From IMG/VR virus record IMGVR_UViG_3300018080_000110, positions 32,001 to 96,000 of that record: a DNA stretch of 64,000 bases; one strand, given 5' to 3'. Made by a program: the position numbers and the translations under genes. The notes under the pieces are model-generated. The model was not told the origin of the DNA. It searched no databases and was given only the letters and a program-made list of their open reading frames with translations. This stretch comes from a virus. Shown piece by piece: positions 9,049 to 18,858 of the stretch. Each line of letters starts with the position of its first letter. Within the stretch, counting starts at the first letter, position 1.

Positions 9049-9846
9049 TTAGGACTCCTTCGTCACTGAGATTCTTTGCTCAAAAGCGATGTTCCTGATC
9101 GGACGCCCGCGGATCGTGGGAGGTCTGATATTGACCTCCTCTTCGACCTGCGGCTCGGGGGGAGGACCGCCAGCCGAGATCCGTCTAACTTCTGTCGGAC
9201 CCACTTGAGGTCCGCCTCGAATACTGAGATTGGCCTCGATCTCCTTCAACAAGGTGAGACCAAGTGGTGTGACCTTGGCGGAGATCTGAAGGAAGAAAGG
9301 GATCATGACAGGAGTGCAGACCCATTCCGCTTCCGTGTCGCCGACTACAATCGCGCCTGCGGGAGATGGGGCTCCGATGGTCTGTCCACGCCCGAACTCG
9401 TGCACAGGCGTGTACTTCATGACTAATCGTCGCAGTAGCCAGGTGTGGCTTCCTACGATCCAGGCAACGTATTCGCTCTCTAGGGGCTCCCGAGAACAAC
9501 AGTTGATCGTCATCGTACCACTGACTAGATCTGAGTGCTTCCGTTGCCCGGAGCTCATACTCTTGGTCTGCATTTCGTCGAGAGAAGTCTTCCCCCATGC
9601 CACTGCGCCGCGCACAGTGCTGATGCACGGGCGCTTTCCCACCACATCTAACTTAATGGGGGACTCATCCGTGATGACGATCTCTGTTTCCTCTAGGTTC
9701 TCCAACCAACGGAAACACCCCGCCTCAGCTTGCTGGAAAAGCCCCTGCAAGAAAGACAGGCACGTCTTACGAATGAGGAGTAACGGCTGTTCAGCCCAGT
9801 TGACTAGGCTGTTGCTCGGTACCCTTATGGCGCTTTGCGTCTTCAC
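9049..9846 (-). CDS. Tail completion/terminator-like protein (putative)
   Basis: Position immediately upstream of the sheath; RPCISTVRG and MTINCCS beta-rich pattern. Confidence 0.5.
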   Translation of the reverse strand: MKTQSAIRVPSNSLVNWAEQPLLLIRKTCLSFLQGLFQQAEAGCFRWLENLEETEIVITDESPIKLDVVGKRPCISTVRGAVAWGKTSLDEMQTKSMSSGQRKHSDLVSGTMTINCCSREPLESEYVAWIVGSHTWLLRRLVMKYTPVHEFGRGQTIGAPSPAGAIVVGDTEAEWVCTPVMIPFFLQISAKVTPLGLTLLKEIEANLSIRGGPQVGPTEVRRISAGGPPPEPQVEEEVNIRPPTIRGRPIRNIAFEQRISVTKES

Positions 9847-10168
9847 CTCTAACCTTCTTGAACAGCTTATGCCTTAGATTCAAACGAGCTAAGGACAATG
9901 CTGCCCCAAGACCAGCCGCGGTGGGAAGCGCATATCTGAGCACCTTCGCCGGACCCTTGCTTAAACCGAGCTCTACGAGCTTACGCTCAATAGGCCGACC
10001 AGCAAGGCTACCCACACCGAAACCAAGACCGGATCCTATAGCGCCTTGAGTAGCGCCACTGAGGAATCTCTTGAAGCGATCTTTCGTGATCAAGTTGTCT
10101 GGCACGTTCTCCGACTGAGAGATCTTCTCTAGTTCGTCGAAGAAGCCGTCAATCGCTGTCGTATCCAT
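9791..10168 (-). CDS. FxDELEK-leader Gly-zipper protein
   Basis: N-terminal DGFFDELEKISQ; GAIGSGLGFGVG and AAGLGAALSL hydrophobic segments. Confidence 0.7.
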   Translation of the reverse strand: MDTTAIDGFFDELEKISQSENVPDNLITKDRFKRFLSGATQGAIGSGLGFGVGSLAGRPIERKLVELGLSKGPAKVLRYALPTAAGLGAALSLARLNLRHKLFKKVRGEDAKRHKGTEQQPSQLG

Positions 10169-11054
10169 AAGCCTTCAACGTTGCCAGCATCCCCTCATCT
10201 TCGAACGCTTCGAGATTTTGGGGGTTTGAGAAATTACGTTCCGGACTGGGGTCTAGGTCTTTCAAGTTGTCGATGTCGATCAAGAGCTGAAACTCAATAT
10301 CGCCCTTTACGATCTCGTGTAACGTCAACTCGTGGTGAACCTTTGCCCTTAGTCGCTCCGTGGAGGAGACTTGAACCACCCTCCACCGCCTGTTCTCAGG
10401 CTCTACGATTATATCGCGAGGCTTGACCAGTGGGAAGTTGCCCATCCTAGCAGTCGTGTTCGACTGTTGAGTTTCTCCTGTACCTTGGGGCTGTTGGCTT
10501 TTCGGAGACGGATCGAACTGGATAAAGAGTTCGATTGGGTTTAAGTAGCCCCGAGCAAACTGCGTGTCGTAACACGTTAGGCAGTTAGATCTCAGTTTCC
10601 TGTACGTAGATCCCAGACCCTCGGCGTCCATGCAATGCGGGCAGTATTGACCAAAAGTTCGCACGGGGAAGAGATAACACTTCCTCCCCGTGAATTCCCG
10701 CCAGACCGTACGCTCAATGAGTTGGATCTCTTTGGCGATGAGGTCTGGTTCAGCAGCGAGAGTAGCAGCGTCTGAGTAGACCTCGTCGCTGGTGTCGCTC
10801 TTCCGCACGCTCTTGATGCGGTAGTAGAGCTGACGCCAACGGTGCAGTAGGTTTACGCGGTTGTCTACGAAACGGTAGCGGTCCGAGAACGGGCCAGCTA
10901 TTGGATCCCATGGGCCTTCGGGGGACTCACTGCGCTCAACCGTCCAATCGTAGTCCCAGGGGTCGACCGTGGTGTTCTCGATCTCCCACGTGAACTCGAG
11001 CCAGTCCAGGGAGAAGGACCGAACGATTAGGTCCTTGAAGGAGAAGTTACTCAC
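10149..11054 (-). CDS. Neck/head-closure protein (putative)
   Basis: FN3-like N-terminus (WTVERSES...YYRIKSV), CPHC/CLTC Zn site, LVKPRDIIVE..RWRVVQV; located in the neck gene position. Confidence 0.6.
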   Translation of the reverse strand: MSNFSFKDLIVRSFSLDWLEFTWEIENTTVDPWDYDWTVERSESPEGPWDPIAGPFSDRYRFVDNRVNLLHRWRQLYYRIKSVRKSDTSDEVYSDAATLAAEPDLIAKEIQLIERTVWREFTGRKCYLFPVRTFGQYCPHCMDAEGLGSTYRKLRSNCLTCYDTQFARGYLNPIELFIQFDPSPKSQQPQGTGETQQSNTTARMGNFPLVKPRDIIVEPENRRWRVVQVSSTERLRAKVHHELTLHEIVKGDIEFQLLIDIDNLKDLDPSPERNFSNPQNLEAFEDEGMLATLKAYGYDSD

Positions 11055-12141
11055 GACCTTTGAACTCCTTGAGTTTGCTCTTCAGTTCTCTTGCGGACTC
11101 TAAACCCCTCTCTTTGCGTTGTTTCATCCGATACTTCTTTATGCCACGAATGATGAAGGGGGCAGCGGCCAATGGGAGACCAAGTCCAAGACCGTAGGTT
11201 CCGAAGGCTTTCGCCAGCTGTTTCTTCCCCGCTTTGATCGCTGCCTTGTTGTATCCGGCTCTTCTCATACCCTTAATGGCTTTGATGGAGGCAGCGGCTT
11301 CTTCACCTAAGATGGGGGCTGATGCGGCTACACCAAGAGCGGGGGCAACGTACTTCGAAGTAGAGCCTTCGGGATCACCGTATGATGCGGCGACAGCCGA
11401 TCCAATCCCAGCTCCCAAACTTGCAGGCATGCGCAGTGCTCTCGTAACGCGACCGAGACGAGAAGCACCGAAAGCTGCGTGTCCTAGTTCGTGCGCTCCT
11501 ATATGCGATCCAGCCATTGCGGGAGCCAGACTTACTCCTTCCGCAAAACCCTTTCGTACCAAACTTGGGTCTATGCCGCGTGCTGCGTACATCTTTTCTT
11601 CTAGAGGCCTTGCGAATCTGGGTAACATCCCGCCCTTAGGAATATGAAGGGCCGCTTCCAAACCTCCGGGAACAGTTTGTACGTGCGTTCCCGGAGCGAT
11701 AACGTCTCGTAGCTTTCTCAGTTGTTGGGTCGTTGCTATATTCCCAACCTCTCCCTTAACTATATTCTTACCTAATTGACGAGCCCCCACCAGCCCTCCA
11801 CCAAGAGCGGCAGCTTGACCCAAATTAGATCCAGCTACCTCGGCGGATTGAGCAGCAGCAGTACGTCGCTTCATTGCTTTGACGAGCTCTTTTTTGGTTT
11901 TCTCTTTCGTTTCTTTGTCACTTCCCTCGAGAGCCTTGGAGTACTGTTCTTGCTTCTTCTTTAGCTCGGCCGCAGCACGTGCTTCTGTGGGCGAAACTCC
12001 ACCTTTTGCCCAAGGGCCGTGAAAACCTAGATCTCCTACGCCACCGATAGCAGACCCGATCACGCTTGCGGTCATCGGGTTTAAGGCTACCTTCTCCAAC
12101 TCGTCGAAGAAGCTGCCCACTGCGTCCTCGAATACCAACAT
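11047..12141 (-). CDS. FxDELEK-leader protein with zinc metallopeptidase motif
   Basis: N-terminal GSFFDELEKVAL; AHELGHA (HExxH) and downstream EEAAAS third-ligand-like motif; Gly-rich hydrophobic helices. Confidence 0.7.
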   Translation of the reverse strand: MLVFEDAVGSFFDELEKVALNPMTASVIGSAIGGVGDLGFHGPWAKGGVSPTEARAAAELKKKQEQYSKALEGSDKETKEKTKKELVKAMKRRTAAAQSAEVAGSNLGQAAALGGGLVGARQLGKNIVKGEVGNIATTQQLRKLRDVIAPGTHVQTVPGGLEAALHIPKGGMLPRFARPLEEKMYAARGIDPSLVRKGFAEGVSLAPAMAGSHIGAHELGHAAFGASRLGRVTRALRMPASLGAGIGSAVAASYGDPEGSTSKYVAPALGVAASAPILGEEAAASIKAIKGMRRAGYNKAAIKAGKKQLAKAFGTYGLGLGLPLAAAPFIIRGIKKYRMKQRKERGLESARELKSKLKEFKGRE

Positions 12142-12349
12142 GCGCTATCAACCTTTCGGAGACTCTTTAGACTTCTTCCATACAGCAGCCATCGACCCTT
12201 CCGGAGCCTTTCCCGCAGTCTCTTTCAAGGATTCCACATGTGGCCCCTTGAAAAGAGGTCTGTTCAGTCTCCCGGCCTGCCATTGCTCTAGCCGGTGCTG
12301 CAAACGTCTATCTTTGGGCCACTTCTTGATATGTGAGCCCCGCTTCCTT

Positions 12350-13060
12350 TTAAACAGACGCGATCTTCTTACCGACCTGCTTGACCGCGGCCTTCCGAAC
12401 CTTCGGGGGCGCACCCTTGGTCGCCTTCATCGCTGTACGCATGACCTTGGCCTTCTGCTGAGCCTCTGGAGTGGTGAAGGCGTCCTGCTTGACCAGACCC
12501 TTCTTCCCCTCGTTGTATCCCTTGGCTACTTCCGCATGCTGCCGGGCGATCTCCCGCGCCACCTTATCCATGAAGATGAGCTTGGCCTGGGAGGTCTTTC
12601 CGATTCCTCCCTGCTCTACCTTCTTGACGTTCTCCTTGGAGGTCGGGCTCTCGCCGTGACGCTCCTCGAATCCTTCACGGAGCTGCGGGTACTTGGCGTA
12701 GACCTTCTTTCGCACAGCCTCTCGCTCTGCCGGTGTGCCATGCTGCGACACGCGGGCTAGGGCGTTGCGAGCGTGCTTCTCGTCCGGGATGGGGTACTTT
12801 CCCTTGGACTCACCCTGAATCTCACCAGCCACACCGATCTTCTTTGCCTTGCTCTCGGGAACGGCGAAGGATTTGGCCGGCAGCTTTTCTCTTTTGGCCT
12901 GAGAGAGATCTGCGGCTGCTTTTTCTAAGGACACACGATTACAGGCCACTTCCAGCAACGCTGCTGGGTCCATACGATCGAAAAGGATCTCGAGGCCGCT
13001 AGCCTCCTTGATGAGAACCTCCTCGTCGTAGACCTGCTTCAACCATTGATCTAGTTGCAT
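12350..13060 (-). CDS. Head-associated protein with DUF6582-like segment
   Basis: KLPAKSFAVP...KYPIPDEKHARNALARVSQ, plus repeated K-x-A/S motifs. Confidence 0.6.
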   Translation of the reverse strand: MQLDQWLKQVYDEEVLIKEASGLEILFDRMDPAALLEVACNRVSLEKAAADLSQAKREKLPAKSFAVPESKAKKIGVAGEIQGESKGKYPIPDEKHARNALARVSQHGTPAEREAVRKKVYAKYPQLREGFEERHGESPTSKENVKKVEQGGIGKTSQAKLIFMDKVAREIARQHAEVAKGYNEGKKGLVKQDAFTTPEAQQKAKVMRTAMKATKGAPPKVRKAAVKQVGKKIASV

Positions 13061-13068
13061 GATGTCCC

Positions 13069-14649
13069 CTATCTTCTGAGCAGTTTCCTGCCGATGTTTA
13101 CGGCGGAGGGAGCTAGAGTAGATCCTGCAACCGCTCCTGTGAGTGCCGCCATTGCAGCAGCAGATCCCGGGTTCTCTCGATTGATCTTGGCTGTGTCCGC
13201 CAAAGCTCTAGTCATCGTCTTCATATGTAGATCTATGGGAGAGAGATTCTTCTTACTGTTAAGCTGTCTCAGCTTAGCGCGAAGCATACGCTCCTTTGCA
13301 GACATACCGCTCGGGCCTTTTCTGTCGCTCAAGGCTTGGATCCCACCTCCGGCAGCCGCACCTATAGCAGCTCCCATAGCCCTAATGGCCCAATCAGGAG
13401 CGGCCTCCTTCGCCAAAAGCTCAGGAATAGCAGAAGACATCTTTTCCTGTGCCTGGGCCTCGTCCTTCAAAGCCTCTTTGGCGGCGGCTTGGTCTACTTG
13501 CGCAGCTTGCTCCGCAGCATCTTGCTGCGCCTTTTCAGCCTCGGCGGCTTGATCTACTACTTCCTTGTCCGCGTTTTGTGCCGCCAGCTCTTGCGCGGCG
13601 GACAGACCTTGCTCTTCGGGGCTTGGTCCCGCCATGGCCGTTGGATCTTGGAGTGCGAGCTGCTGCAAGTTCTCTCGGTAAGCCTGCATCGCCTGACGCA
13701 TCTGCATGATGTTCTGCTTGGCTTCAAGGGCCTCAGCGTTGAGCTGCTCTTTCTCAGCAGCGTCTTGCTGAGACTGCTGCTGCAACTGGGCAGTGGCTTG
13801 ATCTGCTTGCATCTGAGCCATTTGAGCTTGCTGAGCAGCCTGCTGTGCCTGCATCTGCGTCTGTTGCAAGGCCATCGTAGCTTGCTCAAGCTGGTTTTGC
13901 ATCTCGGAGGCCGCCTGGCGATAATGCTCTGCCTCGTTCATTTGGGCAGCTTCGTCAAGCATCATGTCTTGCTCGAGCTGCGCCAAAGCTTCAGCCTTCG
14001 CCCGATCTTCTGGAGTCGGAGCTCCTGAAGTGTCCTGAGTTCGAGGGCCGGCTCTCTCTACACCGCTAACAACACCAAGCTCTTCTGGCTCGATGCCGGC
14101 CACGTCAACAGGTCCGGGAGAAGGTACGGCACCCTGAGCACCTTCCATTGCCTCTGTAGGAGCCTCGCCCTGGGCGAGCTTCCACAGTTCCCGTACACGG
14201 GAAACCGAAGATCTCTTTTCCAGTTCGGCCTTCTTCGACTTGTCGTACCTCTTCACAGTACGTGCCCGGTCGATCTCTTCTCCGATAGACTTACCAGCTC
14301 CCCTACCGATCAAGGCGCCCAAGGCGGTGCCACCAAGTTTTCCTGCGATGCCTGCTTTGCGGCCTGCCAGGTACCCTGCCGCAGCCCCGCCAAGCGTTCC
14401 TAGCTCTTTGCCTGCACGAGCTCCTCGAGTTCTCTTTACCCGCGTAGCGTGTGTAACATCTTGATGAGCGGAACTGCGGACACCAGAAAGGAGGCCCTTT
14501 CCTCGAGCCTTCGCTACTTCCTCTTCGAGTACTCGGGGGTCTTCAGCCACTTTTGTGATGGTGGCCTCTTTGGTTGCGACGAAGAAAGCTGCGGCAGACT
14601 CCCAAGGAATCTTACTTTCCGGCACCAAAAACTTCTCCAAATCTCGCAT
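13069..14649 (-). CDS. Putative internal head protein (Gln-rich coiled coil, Gly zippers)
   Basis: LGTLGGAAAGYLAG and MGAAIGAAAGGG zippers, QQAAQQAQ coil, multiple K-x-A/S sites. Confidence 0.6.
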   Translation of the reverse strand: MRDLEKFLVPESKIPWESAAAFFVATKEATITKVAEDPRVLEEEVAKARGKGLLSGVRSSAHQDVTHATRVKRTRGARAGKELGTLGGAAAGYLAGRKAGIAGKLGGTALGALIGRGAGKSIGEEIDRARTVKRYDKSKKAELEKRSSVSRVRELWKLAQGEAPTEAMEGAQGAVPSPGPVDVAGIEPEELGVVSGVERAGPRTQDTSGAPTPEDRAKAEALAQLEQDMMLDEAAQMNEAEHYRQAASEMQNQLEQATMALQQTQMQAQQAAQQAQMAQMQADQATAQLQQQSQQDAAEKEQLNAEALEAKQNIMQMRQAMQAYRENLQQLALQDPTAMAGPSPEEQGLSAAQELAAQNADKEVVDQAAEAEKAQQDAAEQAAQVDQAAAKEALKDEAQAQEKMSSAIPELLAKEAAPDWAIRAMGAAIGAAAGGGIQALSDRKGPSGMSAKERMLRAKLRQLNSKKNLSPIDLHMKTMTRALADTAKINRENPGSAAAMAALTGAVAGSTLAPSAVNIGRKLLRR

Positions 14650-14658
14650 CGCAGTCTC

Positions 14659-15096
14659 CTATGCGTCGTAGACCACGCCGTACTGCGCGGATTTATCCAC
14701 GTAGTAGACAGCGGCGACGTTGGCCAAAGCGACCGCAGCTGCGCCGACAGTCCCGGCCGCCAGACCGAGAGTAGCTGCAGCCGTGCCACCAGTGAACACG
14801 TTGCCGTCGTCGAGCAACGCGAACCTCACACGATTGGCCGGTCCGCCTGGAGGTTTGACTAGATACAACCTACCCGCAGATTGACTCTCGGCCTCAGCTT
14901 GGATCTCTGCGGGGGTGGCTTTCTCGAAGGCAGCCGTGTTTGGAAAGGTGATCGTAGCTACGGGGGTGGTGAAAGTCAGAGTCAAGTTACGAACGTTGAT
15001 CCCCTTCAAAGGATCGAAGATCTGAGATCCCAGCAACTTCCCCTGTAGGAAGTACTCGAGCTCGATCCTGCTCGGGAATTCTTTCGCGTAAAGCAT
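14659..15096 (-). CDS. Hypothetical structural protein
   Basis: In structural operon; GGAGGT RBS. Confidence 0.55.
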   Translation of the reverse strand: MLYAKEFPSRIELEYFLQGKLLGSQIFDPLKGINVRNLTLTFTTPVATITFPNTAAFEKATPAEIQAEAESQSAGRLYLVKPPGGPANRVRFALLDDGNVFTGGTAAATLGLAAGTVGAAAVALANVAAVYYVDKSAQYGVVYDA

Positions 15097-15105
15097 GGCT
15101 ACCTC

Positions 15106-15621
15106 CTACTGGAACAAACTGCCATAAAAACCGTTCACTAGTGAGTACTCGCTCGAGACACCCTGCTCGCCCAAAATTCCCTGAATGTTTAAAGAGATCT
15201 TGATCTTGATCTTGTCTTGCTCGTACTTACTTTGGAAGAGCTGCAGCCAAGATTGGAGCTGAGGTGTCTTGTCCGAGATACCTACGTTGATCCCTCCATC
15301 GGAGAAGTTGAGCTGGTTCCGCGTTTGTAGCAGACCCAAAGACTCCAATAGAGCGATGGCTGTTCCGCGACGTGCCAGGTTGGTGTACCCGAGATCGAGC
15401 AAGTGCTCGAGCGAATACTGTCCTAACGGAGGAGGGCTTTGGCTGAAGTCTGATAGGAAATCAAGGACAGCCCAGGCGATCAATCTGTTCGAGTGCTCTA
15501 CACCACGAATCAACCTGTTGAGTTGAGGGTAGTCCCTCATCCACAAGCGCATCATATGGATAAAAGCATTGAACCGATCGGAGACACCCGGGATGTCCCC
15601 CATTCCTTGAAGCTCAGCCAT
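15106..15621 (-). CDS. Head-tail adaptor (putative)
   Basis: Helical 171-aa protein after the capsid genes; RDYPQLNRLI and NQLNFSDGGI. Confidence 0.5.
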   Translation of the reverse strand: MAELQGMGDIPGVSDRFNAFIHMMRLWMRDYPQLNRLIRGVEHSNRLIAWAVLDFLSDFSQSPPPLGQYSLEHLLDLGYTNLARRGTAIALLESLGLLQTRNQLNFSDGGINVGISDKTPQLQSWLQLFQSKYEQDKIKIKISLNIQGILGEQGVSSEYSLVNGFYGSLFQ

Positions 15622-16056
15622 TTAGCCCACCTTCGATTCGGCGTCCTCTACGATCTCTTTGGCCAGACTCTTGGGCACATCGAGGATCTTATGCAGTTCC
15701 CCAGCATGCTCCACGACCTGTTTGAAGGTATGAACACCGACCTTGTTCAACGCCTTCTCCCGGCTAGATCCAACGTGCACGAGTGCGGAGAGATCGTCAG
15801 CCGGAGTGGGAGGAGCCATAGGAGGCTTCGGAGCCTTGAGAGCAGCCTTGACAACGGGCTTTGGTTTCTCTGCGACCCACGGGAAGATCAACTTCCCCGC
15901 CTTCTTCAAGCGCTGAATGCGAGGCTGCAGGAGGAGGTGTTCGGCCACATCTTCCACCTTGCCTTTTTGGATGACCTGGCGTCCGACACGGATGGGCCGC
16001 TTCCAGTTGTTCTTGACTCGCATGTTAGCCCTCCTCCTTCTCCGAGGCCGCATCAC
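15622..16056 (-). CDS. Helix-hairpin-helix domain protein
   Basis: DDLSALVHVGSSREKALNKVGVHTF; probable start at 16023. Confidence 0.6.
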   Translation of the reverse strand: MMRPRRRRRANMRVKNNWKRPIRVGRQVIQKGKVEDVAEHLLLQPRIQRLKKAGKLIFPWVAEKPKPVVKAALKAPKPPMAPPTPADDLSALVHVGSSREKALNKVGVHTFKQVVEHAGELHKILDVPKSLAKEIVEDAESKVG

Positions 16057-16663
16057 AGATGTTAGCCGCCTGGTCCTCCGTTACAGGAGAGCCGAGCAGC
16101 TTTACCAACTCTGATGGATCTATCTCTGCGACCTGTTTGAAGGTATTGATGCCGGCAGCCTCCAGCTTTCGCGCACGTCCTGCACCGACACCGGGAAGTT
16201 CGGTCAAGTCGTCAGGCTCTACCTCGTCGAGTTCTACCTCGTCGGGACCTGATACTTCGACCTTGGGCTCGGGCTGAGTCGGGACCTCGTTTAGCTCTCC
16301 CGCACCAGCCTTCTCCTGGTATACAGGAACCTTCGCCTTGTCCACGAGTTGGGTCTCTCTGCCATTTCTGGCGATCAAGTTGCCGAGCACATCTGCGGAT
16401 AGCACTGTGCCGTTAGGGGCTGTGATTTTGATTGCCCCTTCACGGACCTGCTCGTACAGCCTTTTTTGGTACTGCTCCATCTCTTCAGCACTCACCGTCA
16501 TGCTCTGCTTGCGCAGAAGACGACGTCCGCAAACGTACTGCTTGAATCGCCTGCGACCTGGAGCGGCTGCCCTGCGAACACGAGTATTCACGCGCCGAAC
16601 CACGTTGGTGATCTTGAAGCGAGGAGGCGAGGAAGCTTTCTTAGTCTTCTCCTCATCAGCCAT
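16025..16663 (-). CDS. Helix-hairpin-helix domain protein
   Basis: DDLTELPGVGAGRARKLEAAGINTFKQVA. Confidence 0.7.
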   Translation of the reverse strand: MADEEKTKKASSPPRFKITNVVRRVNTRVRRAAAPGRRRFKQYVCGRRLLRKQSMTVSAEEMEQYQKRLYEQVREGAIKITAPNGTVLSADVLGNLIARNGRETQLVDKAKVPVYQEKAGAGELNEVPTQPEPKVEVSGPDEVELDEVEPDDLTELPGVGAGRARKLEAAGINTFKQVAEIDPSELVKLLGSPVTEDQAANICDAASEKEEG

Positions 16664-16730
16664 TTGATCCTCCGTAGTATCTCTTCTTCAACCAGGGGAT
16701 CGCGGGCGCGACCGGCCAGTAGTTGAAGAA

Positions 16731-16756
16731 CGGGGCCCGACCGGAGCCGGGCCCCG
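16731..16756 (-). terminator. Hairpin terminator after major capsid gene
   Basis: CGGGGCCCG...CGGGCCCCG followed by TTCTTC on the minus strand. Confidence 0.6.
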
Positions 16757-16778
16757 TTAGGGGTGCTAGCAACGGGGG

Positions 16779-17906
16779 CTAGTACTGCTCCACCGCGGGG
16801 TAGTGCAGGCCATCTGCCACCTTGTTGTTCACCGCGCCCAGATCTTCCTCCTCGACCGGGGTGACGTCGGAGAGAACACCATCGGTGTCATTCACCGTGG
16901 CATCACCCGAGTACAGCTCGAGCTTTCTGACGGCCGCGATGTTGACGATACCGATGGCGATGTCCTCCCAGGACTGCCACGTGATCAAGTTGGCGATCTT
17001 GTCGATGTAGAACTTCGTGTTGTTCAGGACATAGAACTTCCCGAAGAACTCAGGCTTGGTGAAGGTGTAGAGGTTACCGGGCCGCAGGAGATCGGTTTTG
17101 ATGGTACGCACGTACGCACGCCCGAGGAGGGTGTTGTACTTGTAACCATCGGTCGTGGTCTCCGACTGCAGCTTGTCGCCGAAGTCCTCCACGGTCCACT
17201 GAAGGATGTCGTCCCAGTCCACCTCGGTGAGCAGAGTCATCTCGGCGCGGAGCCGATTACCGTCCAGCAGTTTGTAGAGATTGACGACATCGGGCCTCTG
17301 GAGAGGCAGCGCCACGGCAGTGTCCGAAGTGGCAGCGCGAGCGAGCTCGCCCTTGCGCACCGAGAACTCCACCGGAGGCGAGCCACCCTGGAGGGCGGTG
17401 GCGTTCAGCGCAGGAGCGGTGGCCACACTGTTGGCCTCAGCCTGGAGAGCCTGCACCGCGGACTCGATGTGGATCAAGAACTCGCGGTCCTCGACCTCCT
17501 GGATGTCCTTCACCGAGTTGTCCTCGATGATCTTGGTGATCGGCATCTCGTAGGCCAGGAGCTCCTGCTCCACCTTCTCAAACTTCTCGCTCGAGATCGT
17601 GTAGAACGGGATCTCCGCCCGCTCAGCGCGGATGAAGTTGGCGGACGGCTGACCACGGAACGTGATAGCCATCGCGCGGCTCTGCGGCTCCACGTCGACG
17701 ATCTTCACCAGCGTGTCGTGGTTGACGCTACGCTGGCAGTCGGCACGGGTTACCGGCTGGGTTGGGATGACCTTCCTGGCGAAGCTGACTTCGCGAAGGC
17801 GGTCACGGATGTAGTTGCCGCCGTACTCGGCGATCTTCTCTTTGCCCTCGTTCGACTCGAGACGCTGGGCAAAGAGCTCGGTCAGGACCTGAGCGTTGGT
17901 AGACAT
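16779..17906 (-). CDS. Major capsid protein (HK97 fold, putative)
   Basis: 375 aa, strongly biased codons, strong RBS, downstream hairpin; IRDRLREVSFARKVIP and KDIQEVEDREF; follows scaffold and cement-like genes. Confidence 0.8.
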   Translation of the reverse strand: MSTNAQVLTELFAQRLESNEGKEKIAEYGGNYIRDRLREVSFARKVIPTQPVTRADCQRSVNHDTLVKIVDVEPQSRAMAITFRGQPSANFIRAERAEIPFYTISSEKFEKVEQELLAYEMPITKIIEDNSVKDIQEVEDREFLIHIESAVQALQAEANSVATAPALNATALQGGSPPVEFSVRKGELARAATSDTAVALPLQRPDVVNLYKLLDGNRLRAEMTLLTEVDWDDILQWTVEDFGDKLQSETTTDGYKYNTLLGRAYVRTIKTDLLRPGNLYTFTKPEFFGKFYVLNNTKFYIDKIANLITWQSWEDIAIGIVNIAAVRKLELYSGDATVNDTDGVLSDVTPVEEEDLGAVNNKVADGLHYPAVEQY

Positions 17907-17931
17907 ATCAGTCTCCTTCCTTTGCCTTGGG

Positions 17932-18390
17932 TTACACCAGCGTCCACATGAACCGGAGCTTGTTCCCGTTCTGGGACGGGAGCCGGATCACATAGCCGAC
18001 GGTCAGTTCGGTACCACCACCATGCTTCTTGAGCCCCGACTTGGTCAGGGTTGCGATCGTCACGTCGGTCACCATGAGGGGATCTCCGTGCGCCAGCGCG
18101 GTGTCGTCCATGATCAGGGTATCGGCCTCGTAAGCGCCCATATACAGCAGGGGCACCTTACCGAGAGCCTGGGTGTCGTAGCGACCTCGCTCCGCGAAGA
18201 CCGCGAAGCTGAGCTTGTCACCACCCGCCCGGGTGACCTTGGAGGGAGTGGTCGCATGATGCTCCATGAACTCACCGTCCAGCAGCGGATTCGCGCCGTT
18301 CGGGTTCAGGATGGAGCGATCGTCAACCGGGAAGTCCCTCCGCTCCACTTTCTCGACGGGAGAGTGGAGCCTGAAGTTCTCGACTGCCAT
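17932..18390 (-). CDS. Capsid decoration/cement protein (putative)
   Basis: 152-aa beta-rich protein directly upstream of the capsid gene. Confidence 0.55.
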   Translation of the reverse strand: MAVENFRLHSPVEKVERRDFPVDDRSILNPNGANPLLDGEFMEHHATTPSKVTRAGGDKLSFAVFAERGRYDTQALGKVPLLYMGAYEADTLIMDDTALAHGDPLMVTDVTIATLTKSGLKKHGGGTELTVGYVIRLPSQNGNKLRFMWTLV

Positions 18391-18442
18391 CTGTTTACTC
18401 CTTGTTAGTTGTCAACGTTCGTTAGTGCCTAGTCGCTTTTGG

Positions 18443-18844
18443 TTACCCGAGGTCCCCAAGAAGATACGACTCCAGCTGAGACCCACTTGCCGAGCTCGCG
18501 CCGTCAGAACCGGTCAACTCGTCACCGACAAGACCAGCTAGATCTCCGCGCGGGGCGGACATCTTGATGGCCTCTTCCATGACATCGAGGGACCGGCCCT
18601 TCTCCATGGCGGCTTCGATCGAAGCGACCTTCTCCTCGTAGCTTTCACCCAAGGAGTCGATACCTCGCTCACCGGCCGTCTTGGCGATGCGCTCTACTCG
18701 CTCACGCCGCGCGTACTCTGCAACCTTGGCCTGGAGATTGGCGTTCTTCTCGAGAAGCTCATCCCTCTCTTTGGCCAAACCGCGGAGCATGCTCGGTACC
18801 GTGGAAAGAACCGCTGCGACTTTCTTAGAACTGATCTTTTCCAT
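18443..18844 (-). CDS. Scaffold-like coiled-coil protein
   Basis: Coiled coil with six K-x-A/S motifs. Confidence 0.5.
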   Translation of the reverse strand: MEKISSKKVAAVLSTVPSMLRGLAKERDELLEKNANLQAKVAEYARRERVERIAKTAGERGIDSLGESYEEKVASIEAAMEKGRSLDVMEEAIKMSAPRGDLAGLVGDELTGSDGASSASGSQLESYLLGDLG

Positions 18845-18858
18845 CGTTGCGCTCCTTC

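Noticed and set aside
12148-12414. 88-aa basic minus ORF
   Set aside because: It fills a gap in the operon but has no convincing start or RBS and no motif; left uncalled.
16803-17951. 382-aa plus-strand ORF opposite the capsid gene (also 55101-56048, 4492-5085, 3738-4379, 19207-19935, 13336-14028)
   Set aside because: Antisense shadows caused by strong codon bias of the real genes; no RBS or motifs.
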